Source: Camelus dromedarius | Lineage: Eukaryota | Direction: 5' to 3' | NCBI RefSeq assembly: GCF_036321535.1 | Contig: NC_087436.1 | Span: 75,332,001-75,396,000, forward strand | DNA: 64,000 bases | In this document: positions 13,011-26,319 of the stretch, in pieces | Position numbering within the stretch: position 1 is the stretch's first letter | Layout: the number at the start of each line of letters is the position of its first letter | Position numbers and translations under genes: made by a program | Notes under the pieces: model-generated | Seen by the model: only the letters and a program-made list of their open reading frames with translations | What the model was told of the DNA's origin: nothing | Databases searched by the model: none

Positions 13011-13599
13011 TAGGATATTTATTTATTTATTTATTTAAATGTTAATGTATGCTTTTTTAAATTCACCAGTTAATATTAAATTGCTGGCTAAGATCGAACA
13101 ATAAGAGATAGATGCTATTCTTAATTTTCTCCATATTTTCAAATTAAAAACTTTAATTGTGACCACATATTGTTTCCTGAAATCTCCCTGAAATATTTTT
13201 GGAAGAACACATTGAACAACATCCTTAGGTAACATTTAACTTTATTTGAACAGTTTGTTTACCATCTGAAATTGGCAATAATTAATTTCCACAGTGAAAA
13301 CACAGTTGTTAGTTTCTTCAATGACTGCACATATCTGAGAGGTCCCTGTATTGATTACTAGTAGATATTGTAGATATTGCTTAGAGTCTATAGTTGATAC
13401 AAGCCATGAATAATTTACTTATATGTCTATGTCAGTTAGCTTTTGGAAGCCAACATAGAAGTGAAAGGCTAGTGAAAATGAGGTTGGGCAGAGGGGCAAA
13501 GGTGTAAGTGTCAGTTTATCTAAAAACATTTCATCAGCACCTGTAGTTCATCTTGGTTTCATGTAAATTCCAAGGTCTGGAGTTAGAGAATGTTCCTTA

Positions 13600-13710
13600 T
13601 TGGTTATTTGGGTTTAAGCAAGTGACAACTTCTCTAAGTCCCCGTTTTCTCATTCTGGAAGTGGATATGATAGTATGTATGTGTTCCACAGGGTTGTTAC
13701 GAAGCCTGTG
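13600..13710 (+). mobile_element. MIR core fragment
   Basis: 'gcaagtgacaacttctctaagtccccgttttctcattctggaagtgg...cacagggttgtt'. Confidence 0.6.
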
Positions 13711-13714
13711 TACC

Positions 13715-13940
13715 ACTAATAATAATTGTGACTGCAGTTTACTACATGCTTACCCACTCGGCATTTTGTTAAGTGCTTTGCATGCGTCCATCACTCTTTG
13801 TCTTCTCCAGAGCCCCATGAGGTAGCTTCCAGGCACCGTTTCCATTTTATGGGAGAACAGGTGTGGGGAAGGTAAGGAACTTTTTCAAGGCTTCACTGAG
13901 GGTAGTAGAGCCCAGACTAAGACACTAAGGTCAGTCTGCT
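13715..13940 (-). mobile_element. MIR SINE
   Basis: 'ttaagtgctttgcatgc...ccccatgaggtag...ccattttatgggagaac' reverse MIR. Confidence 0.65.
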
Positions 13941-14796
13941 TTGCCTTTTATAAACCTTCAAGTGCCTGGGAAAGTTTAGTTTCTACAATTCAGCATTTAT
14001 AAAGCATTAGCCGCAGGTATAAAGAATGTATGCATTTCCGTAGAGTGATTTAGCAATCTGCTTATAACCAAGAGCACCATTTTTTAAAATAACGGAATTG
14101 TAAGGCTTCTAGATAATAAACTAGAATTACCCAATTGGCTTGAGAGTAATACTTGCTGTCCCCTTGTTGCTGTTGTCCACTGAGGGATAAAGCATCTGTG
14201 AGGCTTGCCAGAATTTTCCGGTTGTCATATGAAACAATTTTACCAAAGTTAAGTTCTAGATTTAGGAATTTTGCTTGGTTTTAAGTCATACATGTGCCAC
14301 CTAAGTCTGTGAAGCCAGAAAGAATGACATTAACGCTCAGCCTGTGTTCAGAGGGAGGAATGCTCCTCCCGTGACTGACTTTTTCACCAGGAGACATTAT
14401 TAAGAATCACAATCATAAAAGCAATGTAATGTCTATAAATAAAGAAATGCTTAAAACCTGTCTAATTGACCAGAAAGATCCTTACTTTGATTGTAAAAAT
14501 GTCAAAACTTTTTCAAGAGAAGAAATTCTACCCTCAAGTGGTTAGATCCCACTTGGTTGGGTTTCACTCAAGCAATGAAAGCCTCATTGTGTTGGGGTGA
14601 GCGGGGGGAGAAGACTATTTCCAGATGGGCTACTACATTGATAGCTCTAAGAGTTTATTTGTAATTTGTTTATTTTGAAGTTCGAGCCAATTTTCCCCAC
14701 AAAATCGTTCATAAAATCTGGTTGGATCTATTGAATGCTTGGTGAAGTCTCATTATTACATTATCTTGGTTTTGATCTTAAGAGTAGCGAGAGGAC

Positions 14797-15157
14797 TGTT
14801 ACGGGCTGAGCTGTGTCTTCCCTAAATTCTTATGTTGAAGCTGTAACTCTCAGTACCTCAGAATGTGAATGTATTTGAATATAGGTCCTTTAAAGAGGTA
14901 ATTAAGGCAAAATAATCATTAGAGTGGACCCTAATCCAAAATGACTGGTGTCCTTATAAAAAGAGGAGATTAGGACACACACACACAGTGGGAAGACCAT
15001 GTGAGGAGACTGGAAGAAGCCAACCATCTAAAAGCCAAAGAGAGAGGCCTTAGAGGAAACCAGCCCTGCCAATGCCTTGATCTTTGACTTCTGACCTGCT
15101 TTATTTAGGCCACACAGCCTGTGACAGTCTGGATGGCAGCCCTAGCAGACTTGTGCA
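14797..15157 (+). mobile_element. Solo MaLR LTR (MLT1A0/MLT1B-like)
   Basis: TG...CA termini; 'cctaatccaaaatgactggtgtccttataaaaagagga'; 5-bp TSD aggac (14792-14796)/gggac (15158-15162). Confidence 0.9.
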
Positions 15158-15394
15158 GGGACTGTGTGGTGTGGGAAGTGTAGACTTGGCTTTAGGCTAA
15201 CAATGTAAAGATAGAAGTTACTTTTTAGTCCTCTTTTACCTTTTGTTCTCTTTCACACTTCCGCAATTTTCTTCTTGCTATAACCCTCTTCTTCAGTGTG
15301 TTGGCTCAGGATGAGTCTGAATTCTCTCCAAAGTGCTCCCTGCTCCTTCTGCTCCAGATAGAGTTAGGAATAAAGAAATATGTAACCACACATA

Positions 15395-15545
15395 CTAAAA
15401 TGTGAGTACCTGATGGCCCTTTAATTCCCTAAATATGAGTTCCAGGGGAGCACAGACTCTGTTCAGTGGCCAGCATACTCCCAGAGCCAAGAATAGCATC
15501 TGACAGTGTGGCAGTTACTTCAATTTCTATTGTTGAGTGAATGTC
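15395..15545 (+). mobile_element. L2 3' terminus
   Basis: 'tcccagagccaagaatagcatctgacagtgtggcag...ttgttgagtgaatg' degenerate L2 tail. Confidence 0.55.
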
Positions 15546-16214
15546 CTATTTTAAAAACAAGAGTTGAACTCAAATGAATCTCTTAATGTGGGAATGTAGA
15601 CTGTATATAAGCAAGTAGAGTAAAATATTTCCAGCCCTCTGAAATGTGTTCTTTTCTGTGGTGGTGGTGGTTGGTGGGGGGACACTAACAGGAGAGTCCT
15701 AACTGAGCTCCTTCTCCTGGGATCAGCCTGCTCTCCTTTGTACAATTTCCTCCCTTTCTAATTCTGTATCCACAGATTAAAAACAAATCTCCTTGTCGCG
15801 TTAGTTCATGAGGGCTCCCTTGGCACTGCAAGCCAGGTCTCAACTTGGGAATGGGGGAATGGCATGGGGCAATGAAGGAGGTGGCCTTGGTGCATTGGGG
15901 TCATTTGTAAGTTGAGGGTGGTCTCAGTAACTTATTTTTACTTCATCACATGTGTATTTGGTACTTGAAAGGGGATGGTGTGAAATGTGGGAGTAAGGAC
16001 AAGTAAATTTGGAATGCTTCTATAATTGGCCCTTCCAGACAGAAGTAATGGCTGTGATGGGAGGTATGTTCTTAGGAATGACAGCAGCCTCTGAGCACGC
16101 CTCCTGTCCTTGTCCCCTATTCCAGCTCTCCCCTCCACTTGTGAAATCCTTTTGGCTAACCTTTTAAAAGATGGCGGTGAAGAGGCAAATGTGGTAAGAG
16201 GTAAATAAAACATG

Positions 16215-16430
16215 TATTTTATTCATTTACTCAGTATACACTTCTACAGCCCTTACTCTGTTCGAGGCACTGTTCCAAGTGTTTTATGTATATGCATTCG
16301 TCTAGTCTTTTATAATAACCAATGAGAAAACTCTGGCCAGAGAGGTTCTTGCTCCAGGTCACACAGTGAGAACGTGGTGGGGTGGGGATTCAGACCCAGG
16401 CTGTGTGGTTCTGTAGTGTGAGCTCTTACC
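16215..16430 (-). mobile_element. MIR SINE
   Basis: 'aggcactgttccaagtgtttta...tccaggtcacacag...ggattcagacccaggc'. Confidence 0.8.
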
Positions 16431-17261
16431 TGAAAGAACCAATAGCAGTTAGGTACTTTGTGGAGCAGGGTTGAAGAAAGGGAATTCCAGGTTTAGGAAA
16501 GAGATGTTGGATCTAAATGAGAGACAGTTTGGGTGGAAGTAGCTTATTATCGTGTTGAATTGACCTCTAATTCATCTCATTTTGTAGCCGTCTTCCTTCT
16601 TCTGCTGTGGTCACATCAACACAGAGGTCACCTCAGAGGGAGCTGGGTTTCTTGAGAAACTAGAAAGGAAATGTCCTTAGAAGAACATAATATCCAGCGA
16701 CTGGAGAGGAGAGAGGCAGCCCAGGAAGGAAACTGGTGTTGAGAAGGTGGGGGGAGGGCTTGGATAGTGATGCAACTGTAGATAAGATGGTGGTGCACTC
16801 TGTGTGTTCTTTATCAAATGGAGGTGATGTTATCTGTCCTTCTACTTTTAAGGTTGCTGCAAAGATACTGCAAGAAATAGAGCATAGAACTTTAAATTGG
16901 AAAGACTGCAAGCTCCACAAATCTAGTAGTTTTCATGTAGCTCATTTTTTCAAATGAGGGTAAGAAAACACAGTCACTCTGTTTCAAGTAAAATACTTGA
17001 CTTGCCCTCTCTTTGCCTGCCCTTTGTGTCCTTGAGGGTACTCCAAGGATTCTCCAGAGCATAGCTTCAAAACATAGTTTGAAAACCACTTCTCTGAATC
17101 AATCTCTCTTCTGAATATGAGACGATTTAGAGATACTCAGTGGCTTTCCAGCAGTTGTTCAATGACATTTCTACTCTCTGACGGTTGTGTGCCCATTGGG
17201 AACACCACCTCTCTCCTAAAACGCTCTGAAAAGTTAAAAGTTTGTATCAAAGTAAATGCTT

Positions 17262-17670
17262 TAATAATACCTATCATTTATTGAGTACTTTCAATGCCTC
17301 TGGGCAAGGGTAGCTTCACAGGTCCCATGCAGTCACCCAGGTCCCATCCTCAGAAGGGCCCTGCTCTTGGTTTTATGCTCTGCTGTTGCCATGTTGAAAT
17401 TTTTAGTACTTTTGGAACAAGGTGCCCTGTGTCTTCACTTTGTACTGGACCCCACAAATTATGTAGCTGATCCTGGCTCCTGGTGTGTATACATCTTGTC
17501 CCATCTCATCCTCCAACCATCATCAAGGTGTGGCTAGTATTATCCCTACTGTACCATTAAGAACATTGAGGCTAGAGAGTCTCCTGAAGATCACATGCGC
17601 TGTGAAGGGGCAACACTGGGAATGTAGTCAAGAAATGCTGGCTTCGATGCTCACTGTCTTTCCACCTTAG
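17262..17670 (-). mobile_element. MIR SINE interrupted by MER91A
   Basis: 'aataatacctatcatttattgagtact' left of the insertion and 'attatccc...acattgaggctagagag...aagatcaca' right of it. Confidence 0.65.
17305..17475 (+). mobile_element. MER91A (hAT-Tip100)
   Basis: 'ctcagaagggccctgctcttggttttatgctctgctgttgccatgttgaaatt...ccccacaaattatgtagctgatcctg' follows MER91A. Confidence 0.85.
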
Positions 17671-20600
17671 GCTATTGCTAGTCTAAAGCAAGACTATGCT
17701 GGAGAAGGGAGGAGAAGCTACTAGTAAATCTTTGGCGGAATATAAGAGCTGCTGAAGTGCTTAGCCTGGCTATTGGGGCCATTTAATATGGATAAATGTC
17801 CTTTAATTTTTCCACATGGTTAACTTGATTTTTTTAAAAAGAGAAATTGTTATAAGACTGCTTTATATAGGGCCTTTACTCCACAGATCTTTTGGCTGAC
17901 CCAACAAGTGTAACTGTTTCTTTACAAAAGGAGAGGCTGAGAAGCATTTGTGAAAGAACATGTTTTAGTTGATGCTGTGAATCGGAGGCAAGTTTAGGAT
18001 TAGGGCTCCCTGTGCTTGCTGTTGCTTCAACATTCGGTCCATGTGTTTATTTTTTCACACATAGGCATATAGTGGTTTTGGAATTGTTTAGATGGTAAAA
18101 ATTGTAGGAGTGAAAAAGTCCATTGCTTAATATTCTTATGTTCACATCTATGAGAACCTGAAACTTTGGTCTCCTTTTCTCCCATAATTTCAAAGTAAGA
18201 GTATAATTTTTAACATTTTCATCCAAAGTGTTTTTGAATTTTTTAAATAAGTACCTGAGCTGGAAAATTGGAATTTTCTATCTGGAGAAAACTCTTGACT
18301 GAGAATTTCTGGTCCTAATATTCTTGGACAACATTATGGCTCAAGTTGTAATAATAACATATTTCTTCAGTGCTTTTTAGTCTGTAATGTGTTTTCATAT
18401 TTGTTATAGAAAGAAGGATAAGACAGCAGAATGGAGGAAAGAGAATGTTGACCAGATATTCTGGCAGAACATGAAGGACACTAAATGAGGGTCTAAGACA
18501 AGAGCAAGTGTGCATGGAGGCGGGGCTCTGCCCAGGGTTCAGGAGTGCAGTTGTTCATTCTGCTAAAATCCATTGGTCTGCTTCACTCTGCAAATAGCCA
18601 TTGACCCTCTCAAAATAACAAATAAAACCCACTCCCCATTAATACCCCAAATTAGGCCGCAGTGGCCCTAAGACCTAAAATTGCAAATTTATATCCATAG
18701 CATTTTAAAATTTGAATGGCACACTTCCAAAACATTCTAACCAATTGAGCCTCTTTGATCAAGGTTGAACATGGTGATTTTCAAAAGGAAAAAAAAACCC
18801 CAAATTGGAACAATTTTCTTCTTTTCTGAACTGTTGAACATACCTCCTTAGTGACTTTTTGGAAAAGAAGCCATTTTCAAAGGATCTCAGAAACTCTTTT
18901 ACAGGAGAAGTAGAGCATGGACCACATCCCCATGACTAATCCTCACCTAAGTCCTTGAAAACTCAATTAGTGAAGTTCTTGCCCAGAATCTGTCAGACAG
19001 GTTGTAACCAGAGAGTGTTAATGGCTCAATTCTTTAGTTATCAAAATGTCACTTCATATTAAATGAATGAACTCTAAGTACCCATATGCTAATTGGATTT
19101 ATTCCGTACTTGTTGGCTGTGATCATTATCACACTGAGTGTGAACTTTACTGAACGACTCTACAAATTACTGCTCCAAGTTAAGATGGCATTGGGTACCA
19201 CCTTCACAGAGGCATTTTAACTTCTAGCTAAACAGTGTAGTTAAAGTAAAAGCTGAAAGTTGGAGAAGAGGCTGAAAGAATGGGAAAAAGACTTTTTAAA
19301 AAAGCAAATCTAATAGAAATTAGCTGTGTAAACCAAATACATAAAGCAGTGAGGACTATTAGGAAGATTTCATTACTGTGAGATGGAAGTTACCATAGTA
19401 CTACAGATTTCTCTCAGTCAGACGTATCTAAATTTCTTACCATATAATGAGTACACTCACCCCTGTATAGGATCTGAGGGAAGGGGACAATAGAGCAAAA
19501 TAGTTTCACCTAACAGAGAAACAAGCACAGAAGTTGAACATTGAGTAACTCTCCCATTCTTTAAACCAAAGTGAAAACATATCTAGATTTGCCTCCTATT
19601 CATAGAATAACAGAACACTTTTGGAGATGGTGGTGTGTGTGTGTGTCTTTATCTTCTACATCTAGAATATGCCAGCACCCACCTCTGCCTGTTCTGAAGC
19701 ACACAGAGAGACATGGGAAGCAGCTCAACTTCCCAATGAATGGCTTTTTCTGCTTCTCGCTGTAAGACACAGAAAGGCAAAAACAAGTACCCGGGGTCCA
19801 GGGCCAATGGAAGTGGCTCTAAGGGCACTCAGGAAAGCCAGTGAAACCAGCCTAAAGACCAGGAAGGGACTTTTAGTATTCAGACCTTTTATATGGTCTC
19901 CAGTAGCCACTAACTCTTGGATACAGAGACGGTGTGAGACGAAGACATTCATCAAACAATTTTAATTGTTAAATAAAACCTTTGACATTGTTAGTAATTT
20001 TTTCCAATATTTTTATATACCTGGAGTCTCAAAAACTAAGTTTTTTTAGTTCTCTCTTGCCTTCTGAGAGGCCATGTTTGGCAGGTGACCTTCTTGGTCT
20101 TTATGCGTAGATACAACTGTTTCTCTTAGCTCTTTTCCTCCTAGGATATGGAGATATAGTGGAGATGGGGGCTTGGGGACAGAATAAAGAGATGGGCCTG
20201 GTGAGGGAAGAAGTGGTGTGTTGCAGTTCTACTCTTTAGCTTTGCTGATCAGTAATGCTGAAGGGAAGAGCTAAGCTCTGCTTGACAGGCGAGACAGCAA
20301 CACCTTCCCATCCCCAGCATTTGCTGGGATCAGCTGGAATGGAACACCCCCCATGGGAAGTAGCCTCCTCCATGCTCAGAGCTCACTTAGCTCAGTGCTC
20401 TCAGCTAGAACCTCCTATATTGCTATGGAACTGTGACAGTGTTTTTATTCAGTGTTTTACTCCAGTTTCTTCCAGGAGTGGTTGTGACAACTTTGACATT
20501 AAACACAAGGTGAAAATAAGATGTTGAGGAATAAATCTGAACAGAAGCCCCATGAGAGGCTACCACATTGCACATGAGCCAAGCTAGCACCAGACTCACC

Positions 20601-20834
20601 ACAGTTGGTGTCTTGGCCACTGTAATCTTAACATGTTTGCTCCCTAATGTGCAAAATGATTTTAAGACTATTTAGTATAAATCTATCAAGGACAAGAGAT
20701 AGTCTGGAAACACAATCTTTGCAGACATATAGGGAAGAGGGAGATCTGGGGTCACCCATCAGATTTTTCTTCCTTGGAACTCATACAGTTTGTATACAAC
20801 TGGTCTTACCTGTATACAATGCAGACTATTATAT

Positions 20835-20990
20835 TTTTTAAAAATTTTTAAATTGAGGTATAGTTGATTTACAATATAATGTTAGTTTTAGGTGTACAAC
20901 ACAGTGATTCAAAATTTTTACACATTATACTCCATTTAAAGTTATTATAAAATATTGGCTATGTTCCCTATGCTGTACAATATATCCTTG
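20835..20990 (-). mobile_element. Short LINE-1 3' end (laurasiatherian type)
   Basis: 'ttgaggtatagttgatttacaatataatgttagttttaggtgtacaacacagtgattca...gctatgttccctatgctgtacaatatatccttg'. Confidence 0.85.
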
Positions 20991-21149
20991 TGCAGGTCAC
21001 TGTCTTCATTCGTTTAAATAAATAGGTCTGCTCTTGCTAGCAAGATGGAATGATTCACCATATGTGTTTTTTTTGGCTTTCTCTCACATTGTATGTTAAT
21101 TAATTCATTATACTGTACATCCTTTCATGAAAAGAGAAGATGAGATATA

Positions 21150-21260
21150 CATTTGTTCATTCATCCAGTCAGTTCAGCAGAAATTCATTGCATCGCTGTT
21201 ATGCCTACCATGCTGGTGCTCGTGGTATAGATATGAAAGGCCAAATGCTGGTTTTTCAAA
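21150..21260 (-). mobile_element. L2 3' terminus
   Basis: 'ttcattcatccagtcagttcagcagaaattcattg...tgctggtgctcgtggtatagatatgaa'. Confidence 0.55.
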
Positions 21261-21426
21261 AACTTACCACTATATCAGAGGACCTTTTAACTAAAAATTT
21301 AAAAATTTAAAAAGGAAGCAAATAATACATAGTTAATAATATGTTAAAGAAAATAGACCTTGTTTTGGAATCATACTTTTATCCTGTATTTCATGTCCTG
21401 CAATGATTTTCTACTAAGATCATAGA

Positions 21427-21661
21427 GTGATTGATTGATTGATTGATTTTTTTTTTATTGACATATAGTCAGTTACAATATGTCAATCTCTGGTGTACAG
21501 CATAATGTCCCCATCATACATATACACATATATATTTGTTTTCATATCTTTTTCATTAAAAGGTTATTACAAGATACTGAATATAGTTCCCTGTACTATA
21601 CAGAAGACAGTTGTTTTTATCTATTTTTATATATAGTAGTTAATATTTGCAAGTCTCGAAC
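21427..21661 (-). mobile_element. Young LINE-1 3' end (camelid/cetartiodactyl-like) with (GATT)n + T-tract tail
   Basis: 'tattgacatatagtcagttacaatatgtcaatctctggtgtacagcataat...gaatatagttccctgtactatacagaaga...tttgcaagtctcgaac'. Confidence 0.85.
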
Positions 21662-23527
21662 AATGTTTTATATTGTTATGTTTTGTAATAAAGTTGAACT
21701 AATGCTGAAGTTCACACAAGGTGTTCATCCTAACCTTGCTTCATGTTGCTTCTTCCATTGATTGTTCTTCTGACTTAGATTGATTGGATTTATTTGTTTT
21801 CTCAGCAGTGGTTTGATCTCCTTTCCAGCTTTTCTTTACTTTAGATCCAAATTCTTTAGAAAACCTGCTCTTCCCCAGTCCCTCCTCCTGGCATCAGGTG
21901 ACTCCGTGTGGCTAGCTCCCAGTCTGAAAGAGCCTTTATCTTGTTCTGAAGCCAAAATTCCGTCTCGGCTTGGCATAATCTTCAGAAGAGTACATATTTA
22001 ATGGAAGTAGTTGCCTTCCACATCTGCTCTGGACCGTTGGGTTTACCTAACACAGTATGTTTTTATGTGATTATATAGCATTCACTCATAATTCTTATTT
22101 TGGAAAAGGGGAAAGAGAGTGGGGTGGTTGACAGGCGTCATAAAGTTCTAGAAATTTGGTTATTCAAAGCACCCTAGATGTGCTTTTCTGTTCCCTCTCT
22201 CAATATAATGAAAGACTCAGTGACGGGAGAGATTCTGATGTCCAGAACCAGGACCTCTTATTTCTCTTCTCAGCGAATGTGGAAAGGAAACAAGGAGAGG
22301 TAATGGGGGAGGAGACTCCTTGGTGCTTTACAAAGACCCATAGGAATTCACTTTTTGTTCCATTTGACTAGAGATGGTAGGGGAGAGGATGTATGTTCCT
22401 CATCGGTTTTAAACGCACTGGTCTTAACATCACAGAGGGAAGAATGCAACTGTCTGAAACATGACCAAACTTGAAATCAGGGCATAAATTGTGAAATGTA
22501 AGATAGGGTTCTGTTTTGCCACAATGCGAGACTCATGAAGAGTTCATTAGGATAGAAACTAGACATGTTGGAAGACTAAGAGAATACTTTGAGCGGCAAC
22601 AGGCCTACTGCTGCCTTATTTACGTCCTGGATGGAGTATTCTCAAGAGATAGGAAGGGATTCTGAATCAAAGAAAAACATATATTTTAAGAACACAATAC
22701 TTTAAAAAAATACAATAAAAAGCAATTTTTGGAATGTTTGACAGCCCCAATTTTTTTTTTTTACTATATTGAGAATTTCTTTGATAATCTCTTTCACTTT
22801 AATGAATATATTGTCCTGCTTTCTATGTTTTTTCATAATATAAATTTTAGTTGAATAAAGCATTCTTCAAAGAAAGGAAGATGTCTAATTGCATGTGGTT
22901 AGCAGGTTTTTGATCTTTGATTAAAAACTGTAATACTATCACCTTATAATAATGTGTAGAAAAGCAACATACAAAACTAACTGAATAAATGAAACTAATG
23001 AATAATCAATGAATACGTATCAAGAATCTGGCTTTTACTGTTGCTTTAAAGGAATCACACAGTCATTCATATACATATTTATAAATTAACTTATCCTCTG
23101 GGACCCGTAAATCTGGAGATCGTGAATCTATAATCTATTTTATTATATTTTATACCTTAGCCACATGTGAGCTTTCCCACTAGGTGACTTTCTTTCTTGG
23201 TAGCTATTTCTTGAGGCCCCTGGCTTGTGAGTGGGCTTTGAAAACATTAATGTGCTGTACATATAATTAAGATTTAAGTCAGTAATATTTGGGGCTCCAG
23301 GAATGCCTTGTGAAAGTACTACAGGAGTAGTAATATGTCATTGTCTTTACCAGATAGATTCTGTATGTGGCCACTTGTTTCTTAATTAATGCAGTTATGA
23401 AATGGCCAAATTAAAACTATCAAATGGTTACATTCAATCAATATTTCTTTCTTTTAATGCTTTTACTATATTTCTAATAGTTCCTCAAAAGCTATGTCAG
23501 CAAGTTCAGGCCAGACTTTTTAGAACA

Positions 23528-23712
23528 GTAGTAGTTCCTAAATCTGACTTTGTGTTATAATCAGTTAGGTTATTTATTAAAAACCCAGACACCTAACTCA
23601 GTTCTGAGGAGCCTGATTCAGCAGGACAGAAGTGGAGTCCTGAATCTTTACTTTTAACAAGTTTTCCAGGTGATTTGATGACTGGTCCATGGACCAATGT
23701 ATGGGAAACTGA
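23528..23712 (+). mobile_element. MER5A-like (hAT-Charlie MITE)
   Basis: 'ctgattcagcagg...cttttaacaagttttccaggtgatt...ctggtccatggacca'; orientation nominal. Confidence 0.75.
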
Positions 23713-26319
23713 TTTCGAGAACGTCACTATTGGGTAATGGAAACAAACAAAACCTCTTGACTGACAGCTGGTGTTGTAATTGGGTGGTTCAGATTATGCT
23801 CTTCAGAAGCTGCTAATATTACTATGTTAAGGAGAGAGAAAGAGCATCTCTCGTTGGTTTTCCCTGCTTGTCTACTGAAGCAAAACAGTTGTCAAATACA
23901 TCTTTTTTTCTGTTTGCTCCTTGTGCTTTTGCTTTAATCAGACCGATAGGGAGAATTTTTTAAAGTTACAAATGGATGTGTGTCAGACTCTTAACTATTT
24001 GCTGCCTAGAACATATTTGAACAAAGTATAATGATGAATTGCTTATATTCTGCTCGTTTTGGAGTTGATAGCATGTTTATTTTTTTTTAGTGTACACTGA
24101 TTTCTTATGACCAATATATATATGCCAAATATCTTAAATCTGAACAAAGAGTTTTCCTTGTAAATAATAAAACAACAACAATAACAAACCTTATTCATGC
24201 GATTTCAAACAACAAAATAATTCTCTCCTCTGCAACGGTGGCAGCAGGGCACGAATCAACTTTGCCTTCATCAGCAGATGGGACTGTTCCATATTTCAAT
24301 GTATGGGTTTATTGCCAAGGTTTAATTTAGAGTTATCCAAGAAGCACTACATATTCTCAGTTAAGACTTATTTCTGAGATTATCAAAGCATCTCTCATGT
24401 TTCTCTCAGTCCCCTCAGTTCTCTGAGTAGGAGTATCGATCCCGTGGTGAGATGGTGTAATGAGGAGAAGCCCTCATCAGCCCCCGTTCTCCACTGCGGT
24501 CCGCACCTGCCAAGTCACAGGGGAAAAGGGGCATGAGTGCAGAGCTGCAGCCTCGGCCAGTCGACCAGGAGGAGGATGTTCGGTATCCTGTCAGACCTCG
24601 AGGATTATTTCAGTGCAGGATTGAGCATACTCTTGGGGGTTGCTGACTTCCGGGGCCTATTCCAGAATGATTCATGGCCTCTCAGTCTTCGAATCTTAGG
24701 ACACATAGTCTTAGCTCCTAGTTTTTCTCTGACATGGTCTCAGCCGAATTAAAATCTTGCTACAGTGGGGTCAGAACCTGGGTTTGGACCAAATCTGGAG
24801 CTATGATACAGATGGAATGGATAGAATGATGGTGATTTTGGTGTTGGCTTCATAGCCTTTGTCACTTTATGGTAAGTTGAAATGTGGCTTTTTAATCCCA
24901 AGATAAATCAAGGAAGACGTCCGGGAAGACCGCCAGGGAACCTTCGGTAGTACACTTGGATGCTTTGGTGCTTTACTTCTCTGGGCCATCAGGTGTCTTT
25001 GGGAATGTAATGAAAGTTCAGAAACCTCTCAACCAGTCTTGCCACCAGACTTGCCTTCTCTGGAATCTAAGTGATCTAGTAGTGCAGCCTGGTCTGATCT
25101 TTCTCCTTGGGGCAATAGCCACATACACAAAGTTTCATGTAATTTCCAGGATGGGAAGAGGCCTGGTTAGGTTCCTGCTCAGTAGGGTAGGCTAAAGTAA
25201 AACAAGTTCCTTTGAACAGTTTGATCAAGTGCCTCTGATTGTAGATGCTTGCTTTTTGCTGAGGTCTAATTTCTCAACATAAGCCCTCCACATCTTGGGA
25301 GCGCTCTGGGCCTCTGTAATAGACTGGGAACCTTGTTTATGGTGAGGGGATTTGGCGCAGAGTTGGCCTGCATTCCTTCCACTGGTGAATGTGCAGGGCC
25401 CTAGTCAATGAGTAATGTGACCAAACACACTGTCTTAACGTTCCTCTTGGCACACTGCGTGAAAGCACTTAATATAGTGCAGGAATTAGCCAGCCTGGCC
25501 TGGGAGATTTGTCCCCTTGCTGGATAGTAAGCAAGAGGTGTTTTATCAGACTCTCTGCTACCCTTTTGATTTATTGTGTAAACAAAGTCTTCTTTGGTTA
25601 TGTTGAGCTCTGCTTCGGATTGGACTGTGTATGTTTAGTGGTGAGCTGGGTATGGTGTGCCTGTTTAAAGCAGCACAGGAGACTTGGCTGTATCTGTTTG
25701 TATCGTAGCACATGTGGTGGACTTAATTCAGAACAGCCACCTATGGCACTTAGAATGTGAATAGCTCTTGGGTGATGAGCCTCAGGATGCCAGAAGTTAA
25801 AGATGCTGATGTGGACTGGACATGTGCTGTCTGTCTTAGATTCTAGAATCTGGAGTCTAGATCCCTGAGAGTTAAGAACTGTATCTACTTATAGCACCTG
25901 AGTCAGCAGCATAATGGATATATGATTTGGGAAATCCTAGATACTCTTGGTATTGAAAATTCTTGGTTTTATCTATCTGCACAGAGCTAGACCAGCCTAC
26001 CTTCCTGTTCTCAAATTTCATTCTGTCCTTTGCTTTATTTTTGAATCTAGCACATTGTACAATTTCAGTATTAATTCATGTTTTTAATCATGTCACGTGT
26101 TTAATCATGGATCATGAAACAATGAGTAAGTAAGAGGGCAAAGGGGGAAAGTATTATTGACACAGCGTACCATTCGCCATCTTCCTGTGTGTGCATGGAA
26201 CCTCTAGAATATATTTATTTTGTGTTCATCAAAGCTTCTGTTCCAATTACAAGCGAATTAATGGAACCTTGAAATTACTGCCTGAGGATAATTAAAAGTC
26301 ACTTAGAATGAACCCCAAT

